The notes below the pieces were generated by a model. It did not search any database and was not told the origin of the DNA. It saw only the letters and a list, made by a program, of their open reading frames with translations. Shown here one piece after another: positions 11,741 to 24,408 of a DNA stretch of 54,434 bases (positions are counted from its first letter, which is position 1; every line of letters starts with the position of its first letter). The DNA lies in assembly GCA_009602725.1 (NCBI GenBank), contig WELB01000004.1, positions 1,246,443-1,300,876 on the forward strand, read 5' to 3'. The stretch is from Spirogloea muscicola. Taxonomy: Eukaryota. The translations under genes and the position numbers were made by a program.

Positions 11741-13789
11741 ATGGGGCTGCTGCCCGCAACCTCGCCGGACGCCCTCAACGCGCTGCTCAACGTGACGCTG
11801 CTACCGCTGGCGCTGCTGCTGCTTGCCTTCGCCTGGCCCGTCCTGGCCGCCCTGCGCGCGCTTTCGTGGGTCGTCCGCAGCAACCGCCAGGTGGCCAACC
11901 GCGTGGTCGTCATCACCGGCGCGTCCTCCGGCATCGGCGAGGTGGGCGCTGCGCCCGCTGGCCACTCAGTCTCAGCCTTGCATGCCTGCGAGCTACTGCC
12001 ATGGCGTTCCCAGCTTGCTGTGACAGCCTGCTCATGGTGCAGACGAGCCCAACAAGGCCGCCATAGCTTAGTCTCCTCTCTGGAGCTCTTGGGTCGCCTG
12101 ACCCATATGCACAATCAGCTCACTTTAGTTGGATTGGTGCTTGCAGCACCTGGCTTACGCGTACGCCAAGCGCGGCGCGAAGCTCGTCCTCGCCGCGCGG
12201 CGAGAGGAGGACCTCAAGAACGTGGCGCAGCAGTGCTGGCTCAAGGGCTCCCCCGAGGCCGTCTCCTTTGCCTCCGACGTGGCCATCGAGGACGACTGCA
12301 AGAAGCTGATTGACTTCACGATCGCGCACTTCAAGAGATGTCAGCATTGATCTGCCTTGCCTGTGTAGAGCTGCGCAGCTCGGACGAACTATCTCCATGT
12401 GGAGACAGAGAGCAAAACTCCAGCCAGAGTTCATGCCCTTGAGTATTGCCGATGACAGTAGCTTGTCGCCGATGGCAGTCAGAGGAGCAAATGGGCTGAC
12501 TTGCTATGCTTGCTGACGGCTGCAGTGGATGTCTTGGTTTTGAATGCTGGCATCTCCAACGCTTTCCTTTTCGAAGATGCAGAAAATTGCAGTGCATTTA
12601 AGCCAGTCTGGGTGCGTACTCCCACCAGTGCCAGTCCCTTCCTTCTCTCCATGCATGGTAGCACACAGCTTCCATCCTGCTCACTTCCTCCTTCCATGCT
12701 TTGCCACACAGGACACGATTTACTGGGGAGCTGTGCTTCCAACTTTCTATGCGCTTCCACACCTGCGTCGTGTCAAGGGCCAGATTCTAATCACCAACTC
12801 CATCGTGTCCTTCGTACCGATTCCAGCTCAGAACATTTACAATGTGAGGCCTTGTTCGACCTTGTGGTGCAGTTTAGTCGGCACGCTTGCGACAGGATGT
12901 TGCAGCCATGCTCCTTGTTTCTGTGCTTGCTTGGTGCTCGAGAGAATCACCATGCAAGCTGCTTGCTCAGAATCAATCTGAAATGTTGCATGCAGGCATC
13001 CAAAGCTGCAGTGCTACAGCACTTTGACACAATGAGATGTGAGCCAGTTGGAGCAGACATCACCATAACGCAGGCCATGCCTGGGCCGATTGCCACTGAG
13101 CTGACAGCCGGGAAATTTGTGGACGAGAAGGGCGAGATGGTGGTCGACACAGGAAGGCGCGATGTAGGCACCATCGAGTATCTCCGGCACACCGCAAGGA
13201 CTTAATTGTGGCACAACAACGTGCAACATAAAGTGTCTGTAAAGGCCTCACTGACGGTGGACATGATTGATGGATTTGCTGATCACAGGCGGTTATTGGA
13301 CCACTTCCCATGGCGAAGCCAGAGACGTGTGCAGAGGTCATGTTCCAGGCTGCCATCCGCAACCAGCACTACGTCGTTATTCCGCATTGGTTCAGCACGC
13401 TCCTGTTGTACCGCATCTTTGCTCCCGAGCTCATGTTCCTGCAGATGCGCTCCATGTTGATGACGAGGCGGTTGGAGGGCAAGCCAGCAAGCCAGCTTGT
13501 GAGTCGACTTTACACATGCACATGCTTGCGTAATACTCGACGATGAAATCCTGCTGCGTATCTTGCTTGATGCAGGAGTTGGCCACCTTCATTAAATACT
13601 CTGCTTAAGCTGCCTGATCTCAGTACGTCATATATAAGGGTCCTGGCACTCATCCATCGTACTGTGGGTTGTGGCCAGATTATGGAAGCTGTTCCAAAGG
13701 AGTTGCTATACGACACACCTGCTGTTAAGCCAGAAGAACAGATGAAGCCGTCTGCCCTTCAGGAAGCGCGCAAGGAGAAGGCGAAGTGA
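11741..13789 (+). CDS. HSD1: Steroleosin / 11-beta-hydroxysteroid dehydrogenase-like SDR
   Basis: Hydrophobic N-terminal anchor with prolines, [29 protein letters not shown], catalytic YNASK and [13 protein letters not shown]; multi-exon; stop at 13787-13789. Confidence 0.88.
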
Positions 13790-14302
13790 ATATGAACCAC
13801 GGCTGGCCTTCTGTAGTCAGGTCACCAGATTCACTTGTCCACATTGTCTTTTCAGGTGGCAGAGCTCAACATCAGGGAATCTCAGCTCAAGCAAATTCAA
13901 CAGTCTTCTGCTTCTGGAGCCTTAGCACATGTGTTACAGATTTTGCTTGTATGCAGTAAAGTGCAGCTTATCCGTGCGAGATCGCCAGGCAGCAAGCAGC
14001 AAATTATTGCTTGGAGGTGGTTTGCTCGAAAGTGTTTTTGCACTAGAGGGTGCATAGCTCAGGACTAGTGTGTTCAAGACCTTCAGCACATTAGACACCA
14101 CATTGACAGACACGTTAACCATTGACCACATTCTGTAGTAGAAGGGGAGCAATTAGAACCAAAAGGAAAGAGTAGAGAGTCGACTTTGCATTCGTCCTAC
14201 CATTTTGGTTCAGGACAAGCATTACAAATCCTGATTTTGTAATTGCCAATACGGGGCATTGTGAACAATGGACAAGCTAAATCAGAGAAGACTGGTCACC
14301 AC

Positions 14303-17300
14303 TTAATGAGTTAGTCTAAGCAGGTCTCCAACAAGGTGTAGAGAGCCGGTCACCAGGACCTGTTGAGATGAACAGAAGTGGGAAGTCCCCAAATAAATGC
14401 CCGGCTATGCAAGTGATTGCACCAGACTGTTATGCAGCTTGCTTGGTCAAAGCATGTAGCCTGCTTTGATGCCCATAATCTGATGCCACCCAATGAAGCA
14501 AGCATCCCTTGCATTTAGTAAGATCATGGACAAAACTGTAATCCGCCTACCTGCAATCTTGTATTGGGGCGTCGTAGCCTGCTACAACTCCTGAGGTAGT
14601 CAAGAGCAGCTGGAAGAGACGGCATCACCGCACTGGTGCGACCTACAAAATTGCTGCAAGCTGGTACAGCATGCAGTTGGGCAGTTGTGGAAGAGCTGTT
14701 GCTGTGAGGTGAAGTGCAGGAAAGGAAATCTAGCGGCAGCTGCTTAATAGGCTGAACATCTTGAGAACCTGAAAGCAGCAATGAACGCAGTAAGTGGTGG
14801 TTGGCAGAATGCACAATGATGGAGAGTGCTGGAAAGTGCAAATGAGGAATTGCCCATTGCTGCAAAATATGGCAATGCTCCTAAATCAATCAGTGCTGTA
14901 CACTCGGGAGGAAGACATAAGTTGCTGCGAAACTTCCTTTGCCAGGTGGGGCTTACCAGGACTTTTTGTGGTATTGCAAATTGCAGACTCCCAGACTTGC
15001 TGGAGGGACAGCTGCCAGGTGAGATCAGGTGGTGAGGAAGAGGAGGAGGATGACACAGGAGATGTGAAAGAGCCAACTGCACTATAGCTGGAGAAAGTTG
15101 GTACAAAGAACGCCCTATCTAGCCTGGTCCCTGCACATTATTGCCACACCAGAAAGTCCTCGTGACCAATCCATAGCCAAGCTATTTTACACGCAGCAGA
15201 GATCAGGCCAATCGAGAAAGTTCAACATGCCTTGAGCTGCTGACGTACAGAAGGAGGCACATCGGTTGCCTACAACAGTCAAGTGAAGGAGGGTGGCAAT
15301 TTCGTACCGTGAGTTCGTACAGTCTGTAGAAGAGGAGGCAGGAGCTTTGCAGGATCCCGCTCGGGCATGCAATTGAAAGCAGAATCTGACACCGAGAATG
15401 TGCAAATGGCGTGGGCAATGCACAGGTCAGGAAAGCAACATTGCACTGTGGCCCACTTTCACTTAGCACTATTGGATAGCGAGCCGCCTTCATTGTCAAC
15501 TTAAAAATGGCTTGAGCTCTTCAGTATTGTAGAGGCTCACTCTTTCGCATGTTAAGTTAGTCAGTTTGTAATCAACCATCGTCGTGGAGCTGTGGTTCTC
15601 TTTGTAATCTTTCTCCCAACGATCTTGCTCTTTCTTAGTCTCCTGACAAAACCACTTAGCACATACTTCCATGCTCTCAGGAGTATGTGCCCCATCCAAG
15701 AAGAAGGTGAAACCTGGGATACCTCTACCATTCGTATCATCAACAACTTGAGCTCGGCCAGGCCAGTGCGCAGTGGTCAGCCCCTTCTCGTAAGATTCTG
15801 GCAGATGCCGAGCTCTTATTGCCTGCAACAGTTGCAAGGTCAAGGTAGCCCAAGTTAGCTGGGAAGCAGCGTCTAGGCTTCCAGCACATGGTAAACATTG
15901 CTGCACTGGTATGTCACTGCTGTATAACTGGCGTATATCTGTGCTTTGCATGCAATCTTCAGGTGAGATCGTAAAAGTGAACACTTGTTACTTTATCAAA
16001 AGTGGCGACATGATCTTGACGCTCTGTCCGAGCAGCCCAAGCCCTGCAAAGCGCAACTGCTAGTGACGCATTCACGCGCTGATGTTCACCAGCAAGGCCA
16101 AGGCTCATTTGCTCCAGGATATCATCTAGTGAGGGAGCTATTTGCAGGTCAATCTGCAAGAAGCACATTTTCTTCTTTCAGCAAGTATGCATTCTGCAAA
16201 GGGTGCAACTCAAAGTCTGTGCCAGGCCCGACTCTCCTATATAGTGGCAACATGATACTACCTGCTTTCACCCCGCTTGGCTCTGAAGATGGACGACAAC
16301 ACTATGTTGCACTAGGCACAATATAGTCTCCCTTTGTACACAAAGGCACACCAAGTGCTTCTCACATGTCATGAGCTGTGACAGCAAATTTGCTTACTTT
16401 CAGTTCATCCGCTCGTTGACGAAGAGTGGCAAGAGCATCAGCAGGCTGTGGAGCACTTATGGCAGGAACATTCTCCTGCATATGCCAGTATATACATAAG
16501 TAGCCGGGCATTCAAATATGAAGAACTTGTTAAATGCTAATCATGAGAATGCAAACCAGCACCTGACTCTAACAATGTACCTCATGTCTTAAGTCTTAAG
16601 CTCATGCATGCTTGAGGCAAAGAGGAGATACTGGCAAGGGCAGTCGCGAATCTCTGAGGAGCTCTTGGCCAAAACAGGCACTGCCTCATGCACTTCGTGA
16701 CGGGGGCACGAGGGGTGCAGGAGCTCAACCTTGAATATGCCAGCATTCTCACGAGCAATAGCGGGCAATGTGTCACCTGCATCCAGGCACTGCTGTGGTC
16801 ATCTTATCAGTCCAGCGAATCAGACCTGGGTCAAGCCTGTCCACACAACAACCGTAGTACCTGGTTTCTGTGCTTATCTGGTGCTGACCTAGAAGCTCTG
16901 TGTGGTCAAAACCAAGGGATGTGATGCCGCATACTGCAGGCCTTTGGACCTGCAACACAGCAGCTATAGGCATCAGAACTGATTGATCAGGAAGATGGCT
17001 TCATTGACGTTCTGAGTGAAGGAGGAATAAGTCCAACTTCTAGCACAACATTATGAAGTGAACGATCTTGAGATGCCCAAGTAGCACCCTTCTTAGCAAG
17101 GAATAGGTGTCTCACAACGTTGGTTGCGTCAAAGCGACCACCAATCCCCACTTCTAGAAGCAAGACATCTACCTGCCAGATGTCACGATCATACATAAAT
17201 ATCTCGAATTTTCCTTATGTCATGAATGGAGTAGTCAAGTACAACACGGAGATGAGAATATCGTGCAAAAGCTGCTGTTGATCCATTACAGGTCACAGAG

Positions 17301-18646
17301 GAGGAGAGGATGCAAAAAGAATTGGAGATCTTCTACCTTCTCCTCTGGAAAAATGCGAAAGGCCAACAGGGTCAAGAAACGAAAATAGGCTGGCATTGGT
17401 ATACTCTCAACCAAGGTAGACTTCTGCTCATAGACAGCAAAGTAATGAACATACTTGGATTTAGAAGCAGTAAGCTCTCCAGACTAGCAGAGTGCAAGCA
17501 AGGCCATCGAGTTGAGAGGACATCGAGAGAGACCTGCAGCTTGTCCCAACACCACCAAAAGTGGCTCAGGAAGACCTCCTTGCCAACCTCAACCCTGTCC
17601 ATGTCAGGTGATGTACAGACGGGCAATGAGCTCATTCAGGACAGAAGTTGCAGACCCAAGCCTGCTCTTGCACATGCCATCTGTTCAAGACAGATGTGCA
17701 GCCAATGAGCCCTAGGTGCTAGTATAATCAGTTTGCGAGTGCTATGCACATGCAATACATTCTTTCCCAGGACCAAAGTTCTGTCAAGGGGATTCCACGG
17801 CCTCCTTAGCATGAACACGACTAGAGAGTCCAAATTGAGATAGCAAGGTGGGTGTGCGCAACAATGTAGATAAGTGGTGTTTTACCCATCGAAGCGGAAG
17901 CGCTCCCGAATATCAATGAGGTGTGGGGAGGTGAACATCCCTGTGCGAAGTCCACAGGCTCTTAATATGCTTTCAGCAAAGGCACATGTGGAACCCTGAA
18001 GCAGTACATAATCCCATTACTTCAGCACATGATTCTGGCCTGGTATCTGGAGGTATTTGCGCCCAAGTGACATGGTTGGTGTTCAGGCAGAAGACGACTG
18101 CAAAGCTTGCCTCTCTAGGGACTTCTGAGAAAACAATTGGTGGACAAGGGCGAGCTGCAGACAAGTATGACGAGGATCTCGGTCGTCTGTTCAGGTGCGG
18201 AGGCTACATGATATAAGTGGCAAGAGAATGCTGTTGATAAGGAAGGTAGCACGCTGCATGCACCTTCCCCTTCGTTCCGGCGACGTGGATAATGCTTAGT
18301 CGCGCCAGAGACTCATCCAGCTCCAACATCTGTACCAAGCAGGCTAGGATTGATCTTCAGCTGTGACAGATGCGGACAAGGACAACGCTAGGACTGCGCC
18401 ACATCCATCACGCCTTCACAGTGGTGGTGCAGAGTGTGGTATGCTGCTTGCGTCTGGAGGCGCAGGTGCTTGCCGAGCCAGTGCAAGGTAGGCCGGACTC
18501 ACTCTGACGTAGTCGAGCATGAGGGAGAAGGCGTCGCCCCAGTTAGACCCGTCGGCGCGCTTCCTCCGGGTGATCAGCGTGGACAGGGCCCTCAGTGCAG
18601 CCTCGTACCCCCGGTCGCCGTTGCCGGCGTGCGCCGCCCCGGCCAT
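14303..18646 (-). CDS. FPGS: Folylpolyglutamate synthase
   Basis: [97 protein letters not shown] and a final exon [14 protein letters not shown]. Confidence 0.95.
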
Positions 18647-18711
18647 GGAGGGGAGGCCGGGGAAAGGAAGGACGCTTCTAGTGAAGGGCGGTGGCTTAAG
18701 AGGCGGGGGGC

Positions 18712-20672
18712 GGGGCTGTGAAAAGCTAGCTTCGCTGTGAAAAGCCAGCCCAGAAAGAGTGAACGAGGTCCGAATGGCTGATCGATCTTCCAAATTGAAG
18801 GAAAAAATCTGGGCGGGGCTGTGAGAGAAGTGGCTGTGGAAGCCATGACCACGAAACGAGAAAAAACGAAAAACGAACAAAAATAAGATAGGAAGAAGCG
18901 GCGAACCCAAGGCCCGACGGAGCCTGAAAACGTGGAGACAACTGAGGCGTAGGCTTAGGCTTAGGCTTAGGCTTAGGACTAGGGGTCTGTCTGGCTTTAG
19001 GGCAAGCCCTAAACCCTACACCTAACCTTGTCCTGTACCCGAAGCCCCCGCGCCCTTGGGAAGGCAGGAAGCGCGGCCAGATTGACTGGTGGCTGAAAAA
19101 GGCCAGCCCAAAGGAATGGACAAGGTCTGAAGGAGCCGGAGTACTCTCGAGTTCTCTCGAGTTCTCTCGAGTACGAAGGACTAGGACTAAGACATCAGCC
19201 AGGGAACGCTTCAGTAACCTCTGGTCAGGAGATGCAAGTCTGAGTAGCTAGCCGGCGGAAAGACGTCGCCTTGACGGAAGCCGGAGGCCGCCACCAAAGC
19301 TCGGCCTGCGCGCAAGCGAAGAAGAAGCGCGGCCAGATTGACTGGTGGCTGGGAAAGGCCAGCCCAAAGGAATGGACAAGGTCTGAGGGAGCCTGAGTAG
19401 AAGAAAGTGCTCGCCCATTAAAAATAGGGGCTGGAAAAGCCAGCCCGAAAAAGATTGAACAGAGTACGAGAAGGGGGCCGGGGGAAGCGCTAAGAAGCAG
19501 AAACAAAGCTACGAATCACTCAGTAAGAAAGTGCTCGCCCATTGAGAATAGGGGCTGAAACAACCAGCCCGAAAAGGAATGAACAGAATACGAGAAGGGG
19601 GCCAGGGGAAGCGCTAAGAAACAGAAACAAAGCAGCTACGAGACACTCAGTAACCCCTGCTAAGCAGCCGCAGATCAGAGATGCTGGGCTCCTGGAAGTG
19701 GGTCCCCTGGCCCGAGCCAGAGGCAGCAGCGAGGGCTCTGCCGGCACGAAGGTGCAGCGCCCGGGCCATGGACCTCTGCAGCGAGACGGCCAGGCGCATT
19801 CGATACACTTGCGGCAGCGACCCGGCTGCAGGGAAGTCAACCGGCTCCCCATGGAAGCGCCGGGCGATGGTGTGGCGGGCGAGCTGGGTGAGCAGCTCGA
19901 GCCACCGAGCGCCCAGCGCCCCATGTGTGTCGATGGCCAACGGGAAGAACTCGTCTTCCCGCGGATGATCCGCGTACTTCAGTAACCTCTGCTAAGCAGC
20001 CGCAGGTCGGAGATGCTAGGCTCGTTGTGACGACTAGGACTAAGACATCAGCCAGGGAACGCTCAGTAATTTCTAGTCAGGAGATGCAAGTCCGAGCGAA
20101 GAGAAGTGAAGAAAGTGCTCGCCCATTGAGGATAGGAGGATAGGAGATAGAGGAGCTCGCCCATATGAAAGAGGGAAAGGATAGGGGCTGGAAAAGCCAG
20201 CCCAAAAAAAATGAACAAAGTACGAGAAGGGGGCCAGGGGAAGCGCTAAGGAAAACAAGTACACACAGAAACAAAGCAGCTACGAATCACTAAGTAACCC
20301 CTGCTAAGCAGCCGCCAGGAGAAGTGAAAGGAAAGCGCGGCCAGATTGACTGGTGGCTGGGAAAGGCCAGCCCAAAGGAATGGACAGGCTGATGTCTTAG
20401 TCGAAGTGGCTCTCCTAAGAGAGTCCCCTACTCTTCCCTCCCTCTGGCCGCACTTTCTTCTATTATAGAAGGGCGAGCATTTTCTTCTTTTATTTCTACT
20501 ATAGAATGCGGCTCTCACTTAGTTTGCAGCGCTCGCAAGCATTGGCTCTTCATCGACGTGCAGGGCGCGCTCTAAGGGCGCTCCCCAAGAGGAAAAGCTC
20601 GCCCATAGAAGAGAGGGGCTGGCCAAGAAGAAGGTGCTCGCCTACTGAAAAGAGGGGCTGGCAAAGCCAACC
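18712..20672 (-). mobile_element. Nested array of 5'-truncated retroelement 3' ends (subfamilies B and C), mostly minus strand
   Basis: The UTR block agaaagtgctcgcccatt..ggggctg..ccagccc..gagaagggggcc.ggggaagcgctaag recurs at about 19400, 19526 and 20110. gcgcggccagattgactggtggctg recurs at 19071, 19327 and 20336. ORF 19647-19940 reads AIDTHGALG...YRMRLAVSLQRS...SISDLRLLSRGY. A plus-strand piece at 20500-20580 reads YRMRLSLSLQRSQALALHRRAGRAL. Confidence 0.9.
18944..19028. repeat. Interstitial telomere-like repeats: (TTAGGC)n/TTTAGGG facing CCCTAAA/CCTAAC
   Basis: gtaggcttaggcttaggcttaggcttaggactagggg...tttagggcaagccctaaaccctacacctaacc. Confidence 0.75.
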
Positions 20673-20675
20673 CAT

Positions 20676-20768
20676 ATGTGGAAGTGGGCAATAGCTGGCA
20701 CCTTGGTTGCTGTGTACCTAGCAATTACCCTCTTTCTCTTCGTCCCAGATTGGGAGTTCAAGCCTCAA
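20676..20768 (+). pseudogene. Isolated fragment resembling plant heparan-alpha-glucosaminide N-acetyltransferase (HGSNAT-like)
   Basis: WKWAIAGTLVAVYLAITLFLFVPDWEF matches, from memory of the family, the W-x-W...Y...LYVPDW(E/S)F transmembrane segment of plant HGSNAT-like proteins; no other exons nearby. Confidence 0.5.
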
Positions 20769-20790
20769 AGCTCTCGTCCATCTGGACAAC

Positions 20791-23700
20791 AATGGCACCC
20801 AGTGGGCAAGCATTCTCCCCATCCCACTTTGCTTCCGACCGGCGAGCAATCTGAGCTTCCTGGCAACATGTGTCCATGTTCGACCAGGGCAGAGGGGCTG
20901 GCTAAGAGGACCTCCGGGCCCCTGCGGAGGCAACCTCTTGCCCGCCTTTGTAGCGCCGCTGCCGGCTCTGCCGGCGGCGCCTTGCCAACAAGGTGGGTCT
21001 GAGCTCGCACGAGCGGGCCTGCGTGCGTTTGGCTACCAGAGAGGCGCAGCAGGCAGAGGCATCCGCCACCGCTCGGGCTCGCAGAGCCCCTTCAAGAGGG
21101 GCGATGCCAACACCACCACCAAGCCCACGGCAGAACACTGGCGGTGGGCGGAGAGCGTGGACGTCTCCGAGATCCTGCGGACGACCAACACGCAGCTCCT
21201 ACGACACATCCCGTATTGGGCCCGGCCCCACATACGGCGAGCCCTTCGGCCCCTCCTGACACGTCTGGCTCATGACAGCGAGGATGAGGCTGCATGGGCT
21301 GTGTTAGTGTTGTTCCCGCGACTCTTGCTTGGTCGCCTGCCGCAGGGGAAGGCAGGTCGCAAGGAGCTGCTGCTGCGCCTCCACCTCTTTGAAGGTGGGA
21401 GTGGAAGCTGCTACTTTGCAAAGCACCAAGCGGCTGCGCAACTTGCGCAAGCCAACTGTCGGCCCACCATGTCGGAAATGGATATCAAGGAGGCGGGCAA
21501 GCGACGTGACAGCCGATTTGGCCGAGCTGGCGACCTTGCCAGGGCTGCCCAAGCCTTGGAGCCCTCCACACCAGCACCGCATGATGCGGCAACCTTGGCC
21601 GCACTCGAGCAGCTCCACCCTCCAGCCCCGCGAAGATTAGGTACATGGATGGAGAGCTTCACGCCTGCTCAACCGGTGGACCCGGACCCGACTGTCTTCC
21701 GTCGGGCGATTGTGAGTAGCCGCAAGCAGTCGCGGGGGGTCCATCGGGCATGCTCTTTGAGCACTTGCGGGAGCTGTATGGGGAGGACGACTCGGAGGAT
21801 TTCGAATCTGCTGCTTAGGGTCGCGCAACATGTTGCGCGTGGACATCTCACCCATCGTGTAGGCGCAGTCCTCTGCACAAGCAATCTCATTGCTTTGCAG
21901 AAGGACAGCGGGGGAGTGCGTCCTATCTCGATGGGGGAGGTTCTGTCGCGCCTCGTGGGGCGCACCCTAATCATGCAGATCCAGGACGATGCCCAGGCGC
22001 ACTTCCATCCCCACCAGTTTGGGGCTGCGATGCGTGCTGGCGCTGAGACCCTGGTGCACGGGGTACGAGCGGCACTGGTTGTCAACCCCCATTGGCTGGC
22101 CTTGAGCGTGGATGTACAGAACGCCTTCAACTCCGTGGATCAGCAGGTTATTGCCGAGGAGCTAAGGCAGTACTTTCCCACCCTCCTCCCTCACTTCCGC
22201 TGTATGTATGGCTCGCCATCTGCATTGTTGTGGGGGGCAGGGACTTCTTTGGCTGTTCTGCAGTCAAAGACGGGGACACGCCAAGGTGATCCAATGGGTG
22301 GTTTCCTCTTCGCTCTGGCACATCACCGTGCTTTGCGCAACACGGCGAGCGCTCACCCTGGCGTTCTCCTCCCGAGCTATGCGGATGATACCATGCTCCT
22401 CGGCCCCCCAGAGGAGGTGCTGCGAACTTTCTGCACGCTTCAGCACCAGCTCCAGCCTATCGGGCTTGGGGTCAGTTCGGCTAAGTGCTCTGCCTGGTCC
22501 CCCATTGGCATCCCTCTTTCCCTCTTCCCCTCCTTGCCGACATTTTGTCAGACTCCAGAGGGTGGCTTGAGGATCTTGGGAGTGCCACTAGGGGACCCGT
22601 CTTCTTCGGAGGGTGCTGTCCTTGCTCGTCTCCAAGGTTACATGCAGGTCCTGCCAGAGCTCCCCAGCCTTGGGGACTCTCAGTTGGCAGTGGCCATTTT
22701 AACCAGGAGTGTGGCACAGCGGCCGTGCTACCTCGTGCGTACGGTCCCATCGTCGGTCAGCTTGGATGCTATCACATCCATTGATGTCAAGCTTCAGCAA
22801 TGCCTTGCTGATCTGAGTGCTCACCCACTCCTAGAGCAGTCTCCAGCAGCACTGGTGCAATGTACGCTGCCCATACGTCACGGTGGGCTTGGTTGTCGCC
22901 CCTTGGTCCGCTTATGCAGACCAGCGTACCTTGGCTGCTGGGCTCAAGTGGCTTCGTCCATATCTGGACGATTCCTCCTTGAGCAACAACGTGTATTGGC
23001 GCCTCACATCAGTAACGTGGTTCAGGATAGTCTGCCTTTCCAAGTGACTCTCAAAGCATGCCAACAGGACGTCTTTGCCGCATACCCGCCTCTGGTGAAT
23101 GAGCCTGTTAATTTTGCTGCCTGGGCTGACGTTTCTGATATTAAGGCTTGATCGCGGTTGTTTCGTGCTGCAGACGAGCAAGCACTGGAGCATCTCTGGA
23201 GTCTCCTCCAAGGGGATACTCGAGGCCAGGCTCGGCTCCTGTCTGTTTCGTCTTTGGGAGCGTCTGAGTGGCTCCGCGCTTTGCCTTTGCATGCGGGCTT
23301 GCGGATGGAAAATGCTTTGTTTTGCGATGCTATGCGCCGCCTTCTTGGCTTACCATCCCTGTGCTTGGCAGGGGTGACCCAATGTAAATGTGGGCTTATT
23401 GAGCATGTTGCATTGCTCATGGGTGACCACATGCTCAGGTGTGCCAAAGGCAGTGTGCGCACGGGCTCCCACAACCTCCTACGTGACGCCATGTATGGCA
23501 TCGTCAAGGAGGCGGGATATCAAGTGGCATTGTAGAGCACCGGGGTGATGCCCGTCCAACTCCGCAACTGTGTCCTTCGGACGAGGCGTGTCGATCTGGT
23601 TGGCTTCCCCCTGTGAGGTGGCAAGCGGCTCCTCGTGGACGTCGTCCTAACCGACAGCTTCCGGACGAAGGGCCCCATTACTTCTGAGACCGGCTATGCC

Positions 23701-24163
23701 GTGAAGGTGGCCGAACAGAAGAAGTTGCACAAGTACAAGGACCACGCGGCGGGTGATACCTTTTACCCCCTGGCCATGGACATCCATGGGTGTTACGGGG
23801 GCGGTGGTCCTCGTTACTCTCGCTGCTGGCCTCTCAAGCTGACCAGCGGCGCCGGCAACAGGATGCAGCCCATCCTGGTGGCTCGGTGCCTTTGGGTCTA
23901 GTGTCCTGCTACCGAATGCGTATATCTATGTGCCTACAGCGGTCCCAAGCGATTGCTTTGCATCGCCGGGCTGGTCGCGCCCTTGCAGCAGCCTCTGGCT
24001 TGCGCAGCGGGGTTGCTCTTCCTCCCCTCAGCTCATCTGATTTCCTACTGCTGACACGGGGGTATTGAGGGCGCCCTGTCTGCCGAGCCTTTGGCTCCGT
24101 CATGAACACCTGTAGGCATCTGGCTGGCAGTTTACAGCCGATTCTTTAATATCAGCAGCCGCA
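20791..24163 (+). mobile_element. Decayed near-full-length non-LTR retrotransposon, CRE-clade-like (single ORF: zinc finger, RT, CCHC, RLE)
   Basis: Zinc finger CRLC..LANKVGLSSHERAC (20960-21022). RT motifs LQKDSGGVRPISMGEVLSRL, HQFG, DVQNAFNSV, GTRQGDPMG, YADD, LGVPLG and LPIRHGGLG. CCHC CKCG..GDHMLRC..HNLLRD. RLE region RVDL..LLVDV..AEQKKLHKY..FYPLAMDIHG. In-frame stops at 23149, 23533 and 23614 plus frameshifts; ORF ends at 24068. Confidence 0.93.
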
Positions 24164-24258
24164 ATCTTTTCCTAAGAGCTGCTTCTTCCCAAGGGCTGTG
24201 TAAGACGAGTGGCGATAGAAGGTCAGGGAGGAGGCACAAGCGTCCGAGCGGCCAAGCG

Positions 24259-24294
<36 letters not shown>

Positions 24295-24408
24295 AGCGGC
24301 GTCGGAGCGCGGCGTGACGCTAGCTGAGAAGCCCGCCGAGGCGTCGGCTGTGGCGGGCCTCCTACTGCCGCGCCGGTGGCGCGGCTCCGAGGGCCGTCCG
24401 GCCTGGCC

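Noticed and set aside
19060..20390. Interspersed direct repeats superficially like a CRISPR array
   Set aside because: Eukaryotic context, irregular spacing and no cas genes; the repeats are retroelement 3' ends.
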